A stretch of DNA of 64,000 nucleotides from a plasmid: sequence record NZ_CP137560.1; one strand, written 5' to 3'. The notes under the pieces were generated by a model. The model made no database searches. It saw nothing but the letters and a program-made list of their open reading frames with translations, and was not told the origin of the DNA. A program made the position numbers and the translations under genes. This document shows positions 39,078-49,534 of this stretch, in pieces (the stretch's first letter is position 1; each line of letters starts with the position of its first letter).

Positions 39078-41979
39078 GATTTTTCTTGTCTTTAAAATTG
39101 AATACCTTTTGTTCCTTGAGAACAAGTTGGGCAAACTCCAGTGGCTTCTTTATGCCACTGAGTTTCCAGTCTCTGACGTAAGTCTCAAGTGCTACCTGAT
39201 AGTTCGAACGAAGCATTTTTTTATATAGCTTTAGAGCTTCCTTCTCTTGCTTTTCAGTGGTATACGCCATGTAGCACTCCGGTGGTTCCTCCACGCCAAA
39301 GACATCACCCACCAAACCGCGCTTGATGAAAACTTCCATGAAAGGAGAGCGATTGTCCTTATTGTCCAGGGCATTGATGGTAAATATCTTCTGACAGTCA
39401 TTATCTGTCAGCGCCAAGGCAGCCTTGATCTCCGAGAACTTGTCCTTGAACCTGCTCTGGTCCAAAAGCATGAACACATCTGAATTATTCACGATTGCTT
39501 CCTTAACAATAGGAGAGGAAGTAATATCCTGGATTTCCTGGGTAACAACACCTACCATCGCCCAATGCTTTCTGGCAGTCTTATAGAGATACTTGATGTA
39601 GTTGGCCATGACTGGAGTGGCGATGGCCTTCCATGCTTCCTCGATAACTAGGCATTTTCGACCTTTTTTAATACGCATTTTCTGCGTAAAGACATCCATG
39701 ATGATGAGGACAATAATAGGAAAGAGCACAGGATCATCCTTTACCTTGTCTATTTCGAAGACTATGAACTTTTCATCGAAAAGTGTACTGTCCAAGTCAT
39801 TGTTCAAAATGTTCTCCTGCTCGCCACCCTTATAATAAGGCTTCAGAATAGCCGCAAAGTCGTGGATGGGAAACTCAATGTTCTGCTGCAAGATGAGCTG
39901 AGGGATTCTCTCCAAGGCAAACTCATAATAAGAGTTGAAGGATAACTCCGCAACCTTTAAGTTCTTTCTTTGTCGTTCGATTTTATCAATCTTACGCTCA
40001 ATCCTCTGCAAGTAGTTTCTCTCCACCAACTCCGGAGTGAGTCTTTGGAGCTGTTTTTGTGCAGCTTCCTTTTCACCCTCTGTGGCAGCACTGTCAACCA
40101 CTAGGGCTTGGAGTTTACTTTTCAAACGTTCATTGCGTTCTATTGATGAATCCTGCTCCAGAGTTTGTTCCATCTTTTCTTCAAACTCTCTTTCATACTG
40201 GTCATATTTTCCATTCTTCTTATCCTCAAGAAGGATGATTTCCTTCATTTGCTTTCTTTCAATAGCATTGAAATGCTCAAAAGGATGGAAATACTCCTCA
40301 TAATACTCCGTAATAGTCTGATTGATAATGGTATCTTCTATCTTGGTAGGATAATCTGTGCCCTTGAAGAGTTGGAAGATAAGGCTCTTGAGAAAATTCT
40401 TCTTCTCGCCAAAGTTCTCCTCATACTCTATCTTGGAAATTTTGAAAGGGTTCATGGAAATAGGTTTTTCCTTACTGTAAGAGATATAAGTTCCCTCAAA
40501 GTAATGACAGATACCCTCATAGCTATCTCCAGTATCCACAATTACGATATCTGTATCTTGTTCAAAATACTGTCTCATCACGGTGTTCATAAAGAAACTC
40601 TTGCCGCTTCCAGAGGGACCAAGGACGAAGAAATTGGCATTGTTGGTATATTTAACCTTACCTTCTTTTCCTGTGGTGTCTATAGGCAATGGCACTCCTT
40701 GTCGGTCAGTATAGTAGCATTTCAAGGGTGAATCATCTCCTTTTTGCTGGTGCTCCTTATACATCAAACATAAGGCTGGCTCGGACAAGGTGAGGAACCT
40801 GTCATAATCCGGATTCAGCTTGAAGCAATTCCCAGGAAAGCTTGCCACGAAGAGTTCTAGCTGGTTATAGGCTCTCTTGGAAATGTGTATGTTGTGCTTG
40901 GAAAAGAGATTCTCCAAGGCATTTGTAGCCTTTTGGAAATCCTTACCTCCATCCAGTTTGATGACCATGTTATAGTGGGCATATACAAGCGTCTTGCCGT
41001 TGCGGGCTATTTCAGATTGCACCTTATTGATGTCCTCAACGGCAATCTGATTGTTAGAATTAGGAATGGAAGCATGTCTGTTCTTTTTCTTGTCCAGTTT
41101 CATCATCTCCTTTTTTTGGTTAGGAAGAAAGATGACCTGATTATATACCAAGGTATCTACATCACCAAGGCTATCTATGTTAGATAGTAAGTCTTCTGAG
41201 AAAGACGCATTGCCCACTTGATTCTCAGAGAAAGGACGAATCGTGCCAGGAAGTCCAGCTTGGTCCACATCCAAAAGACTATAGACCTTGACATGCTCGT
41301 TTCCCATACCTATTTCCTCGTTGGTAACCTTAAAGTTACTCATGGCTACTGTCTCATGCTTGAAGTCCATGGCAAAAAAGCGCTCGGTAAATTCCCTGCA
41401 ATCTTCTGCGCTAAGGAAACTGCATTCCACATTGTAACCTGTTAAACGGTCCGCAACTTTCTGGAGCTTGACCAAGAAATCCTTCCATTTTGCACTATCA
41501 TAGCTATGAATACTACCATTCTTACCTTTTTGGGTAACAATGAGATAAGTGAAATGCTCCGTATAAGTGCGTCCATTGAAGAAACGGAAATAAGAATCAG
41601 AAAGGAATCTTTTCGATGGATCTCTATCCTCCAAGGATGATATTTTTTTCATATCAAAGCGCTTGCGAACAAATATATCTTGCTTATGAAGGGCATAGCC
41701 TTCACCCAATATTTGCAGGATAGAGGCAAACAAAGTTGTGAAATCATAATAGCTGCTCTTCTCGGCAGAATACTTTCTTACGGGATTCGTCATTTTCAAG
41801 ATGGCAGAATAGTCTCCTCCCTTTGTATAGACAATTCCCATATCATTTGTATCCTCCACGCTGAAATAAATGTCCTCAAATATCTTGGCTCTTTTACCTC
41901 CGGTGCCAAAGGCATAAACAGAAATGGCCATACCTATGGAGATAGCCACGAGGATTGTTATCACTGCGATTGCAACCAT
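39067..41979 (-). CDS. traG: Conjugative transposon TraG, VirB4-family T4SS ATPase
   Basis: 970 aa with N-terminal TMs, Walker A FFVLGPSGSGKSF and Walker B ...CLVIEEAW. It lies downstream of traF. Confidence 0.9.
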   Translation of the reverse strand: MVAIAVITILVAISIGMAISVYAFGTGGKRAKIFEDIYFSVEDTNDMGIVYTKGGDYSAILKMTNPVRKYSAEKSSYYDFTTLFASILQILGEGYALHKQDIFVRKRFDMKKISSLEDRDPSKRFLSDSYFRFFNGRTYTEHFTYLIVTQKGKNGSIHSYDSAKWKDFLVKLQKVADRLTGYNVECSFLSAEDCREFTERFFAMDFKHETVAMSNFKVTNEEIGMGNEHVKVYSLLDVDQAGLPGTIRPFSENQVGNASFSEDLLSNIDSLGDVDTLVYNQVIFLPNQKKEMMKLDKKKNRHASIPNSNNQIAVEDINKVQSEIARNGKTLVYAHYNMVIKLDGGKDFQKATNALENLFSKHNIHISKRAYNQLELFVASFPGNCFKLNPDYDRFLTLSEPALCLMYKEHQQKGDDSPLKCYYTDRQGVPLPIDTTGKEGKVKYTNNANFFVLGPSGSGKSFFMNTVMRQYFEQDTDIVIVDTGDSYEGICHYFEGTYISYSKEKPISMNPFKISKIEYEENFGEKKNFLKSLIFQLFKGTDYPTKIEDTIINQTITEYYEEYFHPFEHFNAIERKQMKEIILLEDKKNGKYDQYEREFEEKMEQTLEQDSSIERNERLKSKLQALVVDSAATEGEKEAAQKQLQRLTPELVERNYLQRIERKIDKIERQRKNLKVAELSFNSYYEFALERIPQLILQQNIEFPIHDFAAILKPYYKGGEQENILNNDLDSTLFDEKFIVFEIDKVKDDPVLFPIIVLIIMDVFTQKMRIKKGRKCLVIEEAWKAIATPVMANYIKYLYKTARKHWAMVGVVTQEIQDITSSPIVKEAIVNNSDVFMLLDQSRFKDKFSEIKAALALTDNDCQKIFTINALDNKDNRSPFMEVFIKRGLVGDVFGVEEPPECYMAYTTEKQEKEALKLYKKMLRSNYQVALETYVRDWKLSGIKKPLEFAQLVLKEQKVFNFKDKKNHDA

Positions 41980-42007
41980 TGTTAGTTATTTTATTTGAAA
42001 TTTAAAT

Positions 42008-42307
42008 TTAATATTTATATGAATGGGCAAAGATAAAAATGCCCTTTGGCGTCTTTTTGGTATGGAGTCCCTTATGCTGCTTGATGAAAATCATGGTTCC
42101 ACCCACACCTACCATCGTGGTAAGGAGAATGAGTCCTACCAAAAAGCCAAAAACAATATAGCCTGCAAGAAAGGATAGCAGCCCTCCTCCCACGGCTCCT
42201 GCGGCCCAATAGATGTATCTTCCCTTCAGTCCCATGAATTCAAGGGGCTTTTGAAGCCCCTTGAAAACAGGGAAATCTGGGAATTTCTCCTGTTCTGCTG
42301 TATTCAT
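42008..42307 (-). CDS. traF: Conjugative transposon TraF-like (DUF4133-type) small membrane protein
   Basis: 99 aa with two TM helices (GAVGGGLLSFLAGYIVFGFLVGLILLTTMVGVGG). Confidence 0.6.
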   Translation of the reverse strand: MNTAEQEKFPDFPVFKGLQKPLEFMGLKGRYIYWAAGAVGGGLLSFLAGYIVFGFLVGLILLTTMVGVGGTMIFIKQHKGLHTKKTPKGIFIFAHSYKY

Positions 42308-42317
42308 AAACTAATGA

Positions 42318-42402
42318 TTACAGACCAAAGAACAAAGGCAAGCTCTGAGCTGCGGCAATGAGGAAGATACAAGCACCTACTATCAGCATGATGCTCTTCT
42401 TG
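42318..42402 (-). pseudogene. traE: C-terminal remnant of a TraE-like (DUF4134-type) gene cut off by IME-C
   Basis: ...QQDFKKSIMLIVGACIFLIAAAQSLPLFFGL* matches the C-terminal TM of TraE-like 54531-54884. Its N-part is at 54167-54390. Confidence 0.55.
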
Positions 42403-42652
42403 AAATCTTGCTGATTGTTCGTAACGTACTGATAATCAACACTGATTGGAATGATAAAATGACGAAAGAAACAAATTAGGAACAACATAATTGAGAAACC
42501 CCAAAATGAAAGTATGGGAAAACAAAAATTAACATAGAAAACAACGGAATTTTTCCGATTTTGGCATTCATAAATCAACTACAAAAGAAGAATCTTATAA
42601 GTAGGTACATCTGTTTTCATTTTAACAGAATATAGTGATATGCAAGATAAAG
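42403..42652 (+). repeat. About 250-bp direct repeat, copy 1 (IME-C left terminus)
   Basis: Near-identical (about 95%) to 45433-45682 with scattered mismatches and small indels. Confidence 0.8.
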
Positions 42653-43024
42653 AGGGAAAGAGTCACTGTAAATCATACAAAAATCAATGGGATTTCCAAT
42701 TAGACAAATTATTTTCGCTTTTTATAATGATTTTCGGATTTAACAAACGATATTTGGAGAAGAATGAGTATTTTTGCAACCGAAAACAAAAATAATATAC
42801 GCAATGGCTTACGGAAAATCGTTTGTCAAGATTCCAAAATAGAATCACTCCGTCTTGGATAAAAGATATGGGGGAAAACGAGATTTTTGTGTTTGCCAGT
42901 AATGTCAACGGTTATCATGGAGGTGGACCTCATGTGAATTTTGAAACACTGAAGCCAAATCCCAACAAACCTGGAAAGATGATGGTTGATCAAAATTATC
43001 ATGTTTTCATAACCGAATAATAGA

Positions 43025-43285
43025 ATGAAAAAAGTCACATTAAATGTTCCGAATTATTCCCCTGATACCGGAGTGGCACTCAATTGGGAAGGTAATTTCA
43101 CAATTAAGGTCTCCGATATAAATGGGAGCGTCTCAATTGAGGCTAATACCGAGGGATTAGTTTCTTTAGCAAATCACTTGCTAAATTTATCCCAATCATC
43201 GGTTCCTATAGGAACTCATCTTCATCTTGATGAGTACAACTCTCTTGAAGAAGGATCTTTAGATTTAATAATCGAAAAGATTTGA
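43025..43285 (+). CDS. Small hypothetical protein, immunity-like, in the toxin/immunity island
   Basis: 86 aa, compact, follows a short possible toxin-tip ORF (42823-43020). Confidence 0.35.
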   Translation: MKKVTLNVPNYSPDTGVALNWEGNFTIKVSDINGSVSIEANTEGLVSLANHLLNLSQSSVPIGTHLHLDEYNSLEEGSLDLIIEKI

Positions 43286-43348
43286 TTCCAATAAGTCTGT
43301 TTATGGGTCTGACAATACGATCCATAAACAAATCTAATAGATTAACAG

Positions 43349-43699
43349 ATGATTGAAGATATGTTCTTTTGCGTTCTTTCAATTGTAGTGGGAGGCTATT
43401 TAGTGTCTCAAAAATTAAGAGCTATTTATAATAGACTCCCCCTTTCTCTAAAAGATAAGATTTCTTTTGGGGAAGGACTCATCCTAATTATATCTGGGTT
43501 CATTGCATTATATGTGAAATCGGCTATACCAATTAATGCTTTGCTTTTTGGGTGTTTCCTACTTCCGAAAATGTATCAACAAGAAAAGTATTGGAATGCT
43601 CGTCGTTTTACAACCGCATACATAATGCATTGTAGCGGTTGGATTTTAAGTATAGGGCTTATTATCTATGGTATTCTCCAATTATTTCAGCCTATATAA
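43349..43699 (+). CDS. Small multi-TM membrane protein (immunity-like)
   Basis: 116 aa with 3-4 predicted TM helices. Confidence 0.35.
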   Translation: MIEDMFFCVLSIVVGGYLVSQKLRAIYNRLPLSLKDKISFGEGLILIISGFIALYVKSAIPINALLFGCFLLPKMYQQEKYWNARRFTTAYIMHCSGWILSIGLIIYGILQLFQPI

Positions 43700-43740
43700 A
43701 TTGTAAGAACATAGATTAGTTCAACAATAAAACAAATTCA

Positions 43741-44118
43741 GTGAGGCTATGTTTAAAAAAAATTGAAAATCGAATTGTTATCACACCGCCTTCAGGCATG
43801 ACTGTTGAGCAATTTGATGAGATGGTTATTAAAACAGGTAATAGCTTTGGAAATAATCCCAATATTACATACTGTTTAGAGCCATTCGAACAAACACAAG
43901 GTAATTGTAATTCAAGTTCAAGTACGTTGCTTTATAAAGCGGGGGTTCCTTTAAGTAGGATAAAGGATTTGAGGAAGCAAATATCAGGTTTTGTTTGGGG
44001 ATTTGGTGATATTAAACCGTGGACAGTAGAGGAACAGTCAAAAGCTGTTCAGAGGCAGAGGGAATTCGACCAACTCCGTAATGAAATGATGAACACAATC
44101 ATCCTTAACAAATATTAA
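43741..44118 (+). CDS. Hypothetical protein, possible orphan toxin C-terminal module
   Basis: 125 aa. Its stop abuts the start of the next membrane ORF, a toxin-immunity-like spacing. Confidence 0.3.
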   Translation: MRLCLKKIENRIVITPPSGMTVEQFDEMVIKTGNSFGNNPNITYCLEPFEQTQGNCNSSSSTLLYKAGVPLSRIKDLRKQISGFVWGFGDIKPWTVEEQSKAVQRQREFDQLRNEMMNTIILNKY

Positions 44119-44595
44119 ATGAGAAAATTGAGTTTTAAAATGGTCATAAGAGCATATTTAATATGTGCTCTTATGACATCAATATTAGGAATTATATCAT
44201 GCAGTGTTCATGACATAATAAATTGGTTTCCAATCGTATTACTTTATGCTTGGATAATATTGTCTCCAATATCTATTTTAGCATTGATAACTGTATATTT
44301 ATTGGGAGTTCAAAGAGATTGGATTTGTAAGATACCGTTAATTTGCTTATGCGCATTTATAGTATATTTTATAAACCTAAACTCATCAGAATCTTATTTG
44401 ATTAATTTTTTTGCAACCCAAACCGTACCATATGACCTTCTATATTACAATAATGGAATAGAGATAAGGGTCAATGACACTATTTTTTCTATTTTCACAT
44501 GGGTATTATCGTATTTTATATTAGTATTGCTTATTGTTATATCTACAATTATGTATAGATTTTTTAAAAAGCATAGCAAAATAAAATTATTCTAA
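44119..44595 (+). CDS. Multi-TM membrane protein (immunity-like)
   Basis: 158 aa with 4 hydrophobic helices, in an AT-rich context. Confidence 0.35.
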   Translation: MRKLSFKMVIRAYLICALMTSILGIISCSVHDIINWFPIVLLYAWIILSPISILALITVYLLGVQRDWICKIPLICLCAFIVYFINLNSSESYLINFFATQTVPYDLLYYNNGIEIRVNDTIFSIFTWVLSYFILVLLIVISTIMYRFFKKHSKIKLF

Positions 44596-44639
44596 AATAA
44601 AGTGTTCTCATTAGTGATGATACTAAATCATTCTGTACA

Positions 44640-45434
44640 ATGCTCACCATCCAGCACAGCGGCCCAGACGGTGAGATTACCACCACCTTCGAGTACGACG
44701 GCATACAGCGCCTTGTTCGTGTCACCGACATGGAGGGCAATGTAACGACCTCTACTTACGACATGGGTGACCGCCGTACTGAGGTGAACCATCCTGCAAG
44801 CGGCATCACAAGTTTCACTTATGATGCGCTCGGCAATGTGCAGACTAAGCAGACTGCCAACCTTGCCAAGGAAGGAAAGTTCATTACTTACGATTACGAC
44901 TATCAGCGTCTGACGGGTATCAACTACCCAGACCATCCGGAGAACAACGTGAAGTATTACTATGGTGGTCGCAACGCCTCTCAGAACCGTATCGGTAGAT
45001 TGATGCTCCGCGAGGACGGAACAGGTGCCATTGAGTATTTCTATGGCAAGATTGGCGAGGTGACGAAGACCCGCCGCACGATGATTGTGCCTAACCAGGC
45101 GATAGCAACCTACGTGACGCAATGGACTTACGACAGCCACAACCGTCTGTTGGAGATGATTTATCCTGATGAGGAGAAAATCACTTACTCTTACAATCTC
45201 GGTGGTCAGCTTGAAAAGGTCCATGGCTACAAGTCATACGGCTATGACTATGTGAGCAAGATTGGCTATGACAAGTTCGAGCAGCGCAGCTACCTGAAGT
45301 ATTGCAACGGCGCGGAGACATTCTACACCTTCGACAACCGCCGCCGTCTCAGCAATCTCGCGGTCAACAGCGGCAACACGTCCATCATGGACAATGACTA
45401 TACGTTTGACGCGGTGAGCAATGTCCTCTCTTGA
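44640..45434 (+). pseudogene. Internal fragment of an Rhs/YD-repeat protein, truncated at both ends
   Basis: YD repeats (TSTYDMGDRRTE, FTYDALGNV, TYDYDYQRLTGINYPD, TYSYNLGGQLEKV). It is GC-rich relative to its surroundings, has no start context, and ends exactly at the second copy of the direct repeat. Confidence 0.8.
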
Positions 45435-45682
45435 ATCTTGCTGATTGTTCGTAACGTACTGATAATCAACACTGATTGGAATGATAAAATGACGAAAGAA
45501 ACAAATTAGGAACAACATAATTGAGAAAACCCCCAAAAAAAGTATGGGAAAACAAAAATTAACATGGAAAACAACGAAATTTTTCCGATTTTGGCATTCA
45601 TAAATCAACTACAAAAGAAGAATCTTATAAGTAGGCACATCTGTTTTCATTTTAACAGAATATAGTGATATGCAAGATAAAG
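45433..45682 (+). repeat. About 250-bp direct repeat, copy 2 (internal to IME-C)
   Basis: See 42403-42652. Confidence 0.8.
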
Positions 45683-45818
45683 GTAACTATTCAGTTCACC
45701 ACTACACAGAATGATAAGATTGCTTAATAAATACGAAATAGTATAAACTTGTTTAATAAAAATAACAACATGTTTGTTTTTGGACTATATTTACAACAAA
45801 TTTTAAAATTTATCAATT

Positions 45819-46178
45819 ATGTATATGGCTAATACTGCTACGGATACGTTGTCAACGGAAACCATGAATCCTCCAAAAGGTTCTTATGTCAATATGGTTG
45901 GTCAAGCGACAGGGAAAAGAGTAAGTGGAACTATCTCCAATGTTTCATATGATGTTCTTAATGCAAGTAAGAAAGTGTTGCTTCAAGATGTTTATCTTGC
46001 GACATATACTTCAAAAAGCGGTGATAGTGGGGGTATTGTATATGCTCTACGTTCAGCACACAATCAACGTCTAACTGTAGGTATAAATATAGGTTCTGCA
46101 AAAATTAACCGTACTACTTATGGCATGTGTGTAAAAGCATCGAATATAAATAGAATTTTTGGACTTACAAGATACTAA
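45819..46178 (+). CDS. Trypsin-like serine protease C-terminal fragment, possible orphan toxin domain
   Basis: Active-site Ser context TSKSGDSGGIVYAL (GDSGG). 119 aa, missing the His/Asp half of the fold. Confidence 0.5.
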   Translation: MYMANTATDTLSTETMNPPKGSYVNMVGQATGKRVSGTISNVSYDVLNASKKVLLQDVYLATYTSKSGDSGGIVYALRSAHNQRLTVGINIGSAKINRTTYGMCVKASNINRIFGLTRY

Positions 46179-46187
46179 AGGGCTGTC

Positions 46188-46697
46188 ATGAATTTCTTAT
46201 TTAAGACATTTTGCATTATGGTCATATTCACGATGTTCGTGGATATGACCGCTCTAAGTAATAACATAACGAATAGAGATGGTTTATGGCGTGTTGATTC
46301 AGACTCCGTCACAATTACCACAAGCTATAGTGAGAAACAGCCAGAAAAATTAAATGTATGCATTTATAATCACAGCAATTCGACGATATATATAGGGCGA
46401 ACTTATGGATTGTTGATGCAAGTAGATGGGGAATGGAAATACATTGCCAAAGGTAGAAATCAAAAGTGCATAACTATATGGCCAGCGTCAAAACGTAACT
46501 TTCAAGTCAGTCTATGCGCTAAGAAAATAAAAAGCTCCTCTGGATGGGCATATAGAACAGATTCACTTTACAAAGTAAGATTTGACATGTATGACAGCGA
46601 TGGCGTTTTTATTGACAAAATGGACTCTGATTTCAAAGTTTCTGGTAATATTGTTTGGCATCTGACTGACGGATTAGTGATTATACATTTAGATTGA
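46188..46697 (+). CDS. Secreted small protein (immunity-like)
   Basis: 169 aa with an N-terminal signal/TM, 10 bp after the protease fragment. Confidence 0.4.
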   Translation: MNFLFKTFCIMVIFTMFVDMTALSNNITNRDGLWRVDSDSVTITTSYSEKQPEKLNVCIYNHSNSTIYIGRTYGLLMQVDGEWKYIAKGRNQKCITIWPASKRNFQVSLCAKKIKSSSGWAYRTDSLYKVRFDMYDSDGVFIDKMDSDFKVSGNIVWHLTDGLVIIHLD

Positions 46698-46706
46698 ATA
46701 TTCCAA

Positions 46707-47111
46707 ATGCGACATCTCAATTCTTCAATATACGTAGATTGGTTGGATCCATCAATGCCCGCTCGTACATGTGGAAGAACAGCAGAAAATATAAAAGAGA
46801 AAATAAAAAAATATGATAAGTTTATACTTGTTGCTACAGAAGGTGCTATTGCGTCAAAATGGTGCAATTGGGAATTAGGCTTTGGTGATGCTCAAAAGTA
46901 TGCTTACGGTAAAATAGCCTTATTTCCTATCCGTTATGACGAAAAGGATTGGTCAGAAAGTGAATACTTAGAACTATATCCTGTTATAGGATATATTGAT
47001 AGTTGTCAATATTCGGATGAGTTTAATCAATCCCTTTTTACAGGTTATTATGTTTTTTGTCATTATGGCACGAAGAAGGCAATAAAATTGGTTGATTGGT
47101 TATCGAGATAA
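46707..47111 (+). CDS. TIR-like domain fragment
   Basis: DKFILVATEGAIASKWCNWELGFG resembles the TIR beta-C/alpha-C region (S.WC..EL). The N-terminal part of the domain is absent. Confidence 0.35.
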   Translation: MRHLNSSIYVDWLDPSMPARTCGRTAENIKEKIKKYDKFILVATEGAIASKWCNWELGFGDAQKYAYGKIALFPIRYDEKDWSESEYLELYPVIGYIDSCQYSDEFNQSLFTGYYVFCHYGTKKAIKLVDWLSR

Positions 47112-47169
47112 TAATAGAAATCGCCTAACTTTAAGTGCAAACTTAATGTTAGGCAGTAACTCGTCTATC

Positions 47170-47772
47170 TCATATATAGTTCTGTGCAATTATCATTCCA
47201 ACACCTCCTGCAACAACAAAGATACCAATCGTGAAGAAAAAACAAAAGAACCATTGTGCATAGTGACCGAGATAGCAACCATCATATTCCTTGTAGCGTT
47301 CACGGACTTTCTTCCGTTCATCGGCAAACATGGAATTGACCTCACGGATATGCATCTGCATCTGTGCGGTCATCCATTGGCGTTCTTTGGCAAACAGTTC
47401 TTGGATTTTCTGCCAGTCAGCATCATTGACATTTACAGACACCTTTAATTTAGTGGAAGCATTCTCCAAGACCTTGTCTATGTGCTGATTGATGGTATCT
47501 ACCTTTTTGCCGATGGTAGTCACAGCACCACCCAATTGAACTTCCGAACGCTGATACTGCTGAATGGCAGACTCCAGTTCAAGTGTGGCATTGATGAAGG
47601 TGTCGGTTGCCTTATCAATGTCCTTACTCAACTGCTTCAACTCAGGAACACGGTTTACAAGTCCGTCTTCGGCTTGCTGTTCCTCGACCTCGTTTTCGAC
47701 ATCATTCATCATGTTGTCGAAGTCGGATCTTTCTTCTGTGTCTATGTTTATCTTGCTTTTTCTGATTGCCAT
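47170..47772 (-). CDS. mobC: MobC-like mobilization protein with a C-terminal TM
   Basis: 200 aa, homolog of 30157-30777. Confidence 0.6.
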   Translation of the reverse strand: MAIRKSKINIDTEERSDFDNMMNDVENEVEEQQAEDGLVNRVPELKQLSKDIDKATDTFINATLELESAIQQYQRSEVQLGGAVTTIGKKVDTINQHIDKVLENASTKLKVSVNVNDADWQKIQELFAKERQWMTAQMQMHIREVNSMFADERKKVRERYKEYDGCYLGHYAQWFFCFFFTIGIFVVAGGVGMIIAQNYI

Positions 47773-47784
47773 ATTGTTATTGAT

Positions 47785-49017
47785 TTATCGGTGGAAACTT
47801 CTACTGCGTGGTTTAGGCTTGCACATGGAATGAGCCATCTGTGCGCAACGGTGGGCAAACTTCCAGTCATCTTCATCGTCTTTCTTTCCCCAACCAGATT
47901 CAGGAGAAGAACCGCCACCGCCACATGACTCAGACATGGAAGTGGCTGCATCAATGTACCCTGCAAACAACAGCATTGCTACATGAGCGACATTCTCCGT
48001 TGTCGCTATATCATTATCCTCTGGAATCTGAGCCTCATTAGTAAAGACATCTTTGACAGAGTTCGGAATCCACACCTTCTTGACTCCATCGCCAATGTTA
48101 ATTTGGAATGCTGTTTTTGAAGGTTGAACTTGTGCCTTTGGTTGTGATGCTGTTGAAGTCTGAGCGACAGGACGAACTGGGCGAGGCGTTGAAGCAACGG
48201 ATGGTGAAACAGGCTTTTCCTTGACCTGTGTAGGTTGTGGGTGCAGTTTCTTCCATGTGTCTTCAATCTTTGACACCATGTACTTTCTGCCAATCTCAGA
48301 AGCCTTGAACACGGAAGCGTTCTTGCCGACTGTATAGCCGACAAGTTTCCGCTGCTTGTCGTAACGAGGTTTAACCTCATAGCCTTTCATGCGCAACAGA
48401 TTGAAATATCTGTCAATGTTGAACTGCTGCATATCTTTGAGGATATGTTCGCAATCCTCCGCAAGTTCAGCCTTTCGCATATTCCGAATCTCCTGCGGTT
48501 GTTCCCATCCATGGCGCTTATTGATGATTTCCGCAGCCTTCATTGCCCGAAGGTGAATATCGTGTACATCATTGGTCTTACCCTCCATATCCACACGACA
48601 ACAATCAATGTGAAGGTGCAGCATTCCAGACTTGGAATCAGAGTGCAGTCCGCCCACATTCATAGAATTGGTGAAGTTGGTCTTTATTTCATTGGAGAAA
48701 CCGTTGGGCGAAAGTCCAACAGAATCCAAAACTCCCAATGCTTCGTCTTGGAGGTTTGCCCAATCTGCCATCGTGAAGTTTGCAGACTCTTCCTTTGATG
48801 GGGAAAGTACAAAAGTGGTCATGAACCTTTCCAACTTTCTGCCAACCGTCCTTTCCGCCTGATGATACTGGCAATGATGCTTCATCATGTACCAGATGGC
48901 GGTAGGGTCAAGACCATCGGGCATGTTGTTCACCTTGACCGTCTTTGCCTTCTCCTTTTCCAATGCGTACCTTACGGAATTGCCTCCATACGATACGACC
49001 TTTGCGAGCATAATCAT
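47785..49017 (-). CDS. mobB: Relaxase/mobilization nuclease (MobB type) with a poly-Gly/KKDDEDD tail
   Basis: MIMLAKVVSYGGNSVRYALEKEKAK..., HxH (MLHLHIDCCRVD), C-terminal SESCGGGGSSPESGWGKKDDEDDWKFAHRCAQMAH. Confidence 0.85.
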   Translation of the reverse strand: MIMLAKVVSYGGNSVRYALEKEKAKTVKVNNMPDGLDPTAIWYMMKHHCQYHQAERTVGRKLERFMTTFVLSPSKEESANFTMADWANLQDEALGVLDSVGLSPNGFSNEIKTNFTNSMNVGGLHSDSKSGMLHLHIDCCRVDMEGKTNDVHDIHLRAMKAAEIINKRHGWEQPQEIRNMRKAELAEDCEHILKDMQQFNIDRYFNLLRMKGYEVKPRYDKQRKLVGYTVGKNASVFKASEIGRKYMVSKIEDTWKKLHPQPTQVKEKPVSPSVASTPRPVRPVAQTSTASQPKAQVQPSKTAFQINIGDGVKKVWIPNSVKDVFTNEAQIPEDNDIATTENVAHVAMLLFAGYIDAATSMSESCGGGGSSPESGWGKKDDEDDWKFAHRCAQMAHSMCKPKPRSRSFHR

Positions 49018-49424
49018 GATTGTTCCTTTGATTTTGTCTGTACGTTTGTTGCGATATTCTCTTCAATGCTATACCAATGTTGGATAAGTCCTGCAACGGC
49101 ATCAATCCACCAACGCATGAACTTCTCATTCTTGAAGAACCGAGCCTTTTCCTCAGCCGTTTTCTTGGATAGCACGTTGCTGATTTTTATCAAATCCGTC
49201 CTTGCGATGGCGAGAGAGTTGAGAGCGTCCACCTCTTCCTTGGTGAGCCTCATGCGTGGACGGTGCTTTAAGCCAGTCTCAACGACATAGCGGCTCAGGC
49301 TTAACCCACACTCCTTGGCATGTGTCTGGAGACGTTTCAATTCCTCTTCCGTGCATCGGTAGGTATGGACTTCCGTAGGCGGTTTTCTTATGATGTTCTT
49401 CTTTCTCATTTGTTCTTGTCTCAA
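49014..49424 (-). CDS. mobA: MobA/MobC-type relaxosome accessory protein
   Basis: 136 aa, homolog of 31979-32380. Confidence 0.65.
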   Translation of the reverse strand: MRQEQMRKKNIIRKPPTEVHTYRCTEEELKRLQTHAKECGLSLSRYVVETGLKHRPRMRLTKEEVDALNSLAIARTDLIKISNVLSKKTAEEKARFFKNEKFMRWWIDAVAGLIQHWYSIEENIATNVQTKSKEQS

Positions 49425-49503
49425 ATTAAAATGGGATGATTACAAGCATCTTACAAAGGTGGTCACGACTGCGAGCCTGCGAGTAGTCCGAGAAACTTTT
49501 AGG

Positions 49504-49534
49504 AATACAGAAAGACGGACACGGCTTCTGTATT
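49504..49534. other. Candidate oriT hairpin AATACAGAA-(13 nt)-TTCTGTATT upstream of mobA (IME-C)
   Basis: 9-bp perfect inverted repeat. The conserved GCGAGCCTGCGAG is at 49471-49483. Confidence 0.4.

Noticed and set aside
36399-39095. Plus-strand ORFs (36399-36878, 36906-37613, 37764-38234, 38592-39095) inside the 912-aa gene
   Set aside because: Shadow ORFs on the opposite strand of a long continuous coding region.
42318-42578. 86-aa ORF MIYECQNRKN... and its duplicate at 45234-45608
   Set aside because: Only the last about 28 codons (the TraE C-terminal remnant) look protein-like. The rest is F/I-rich read-through of the 250-bp direct repeat, and the second copy fuses into antisense of the YD fragment.
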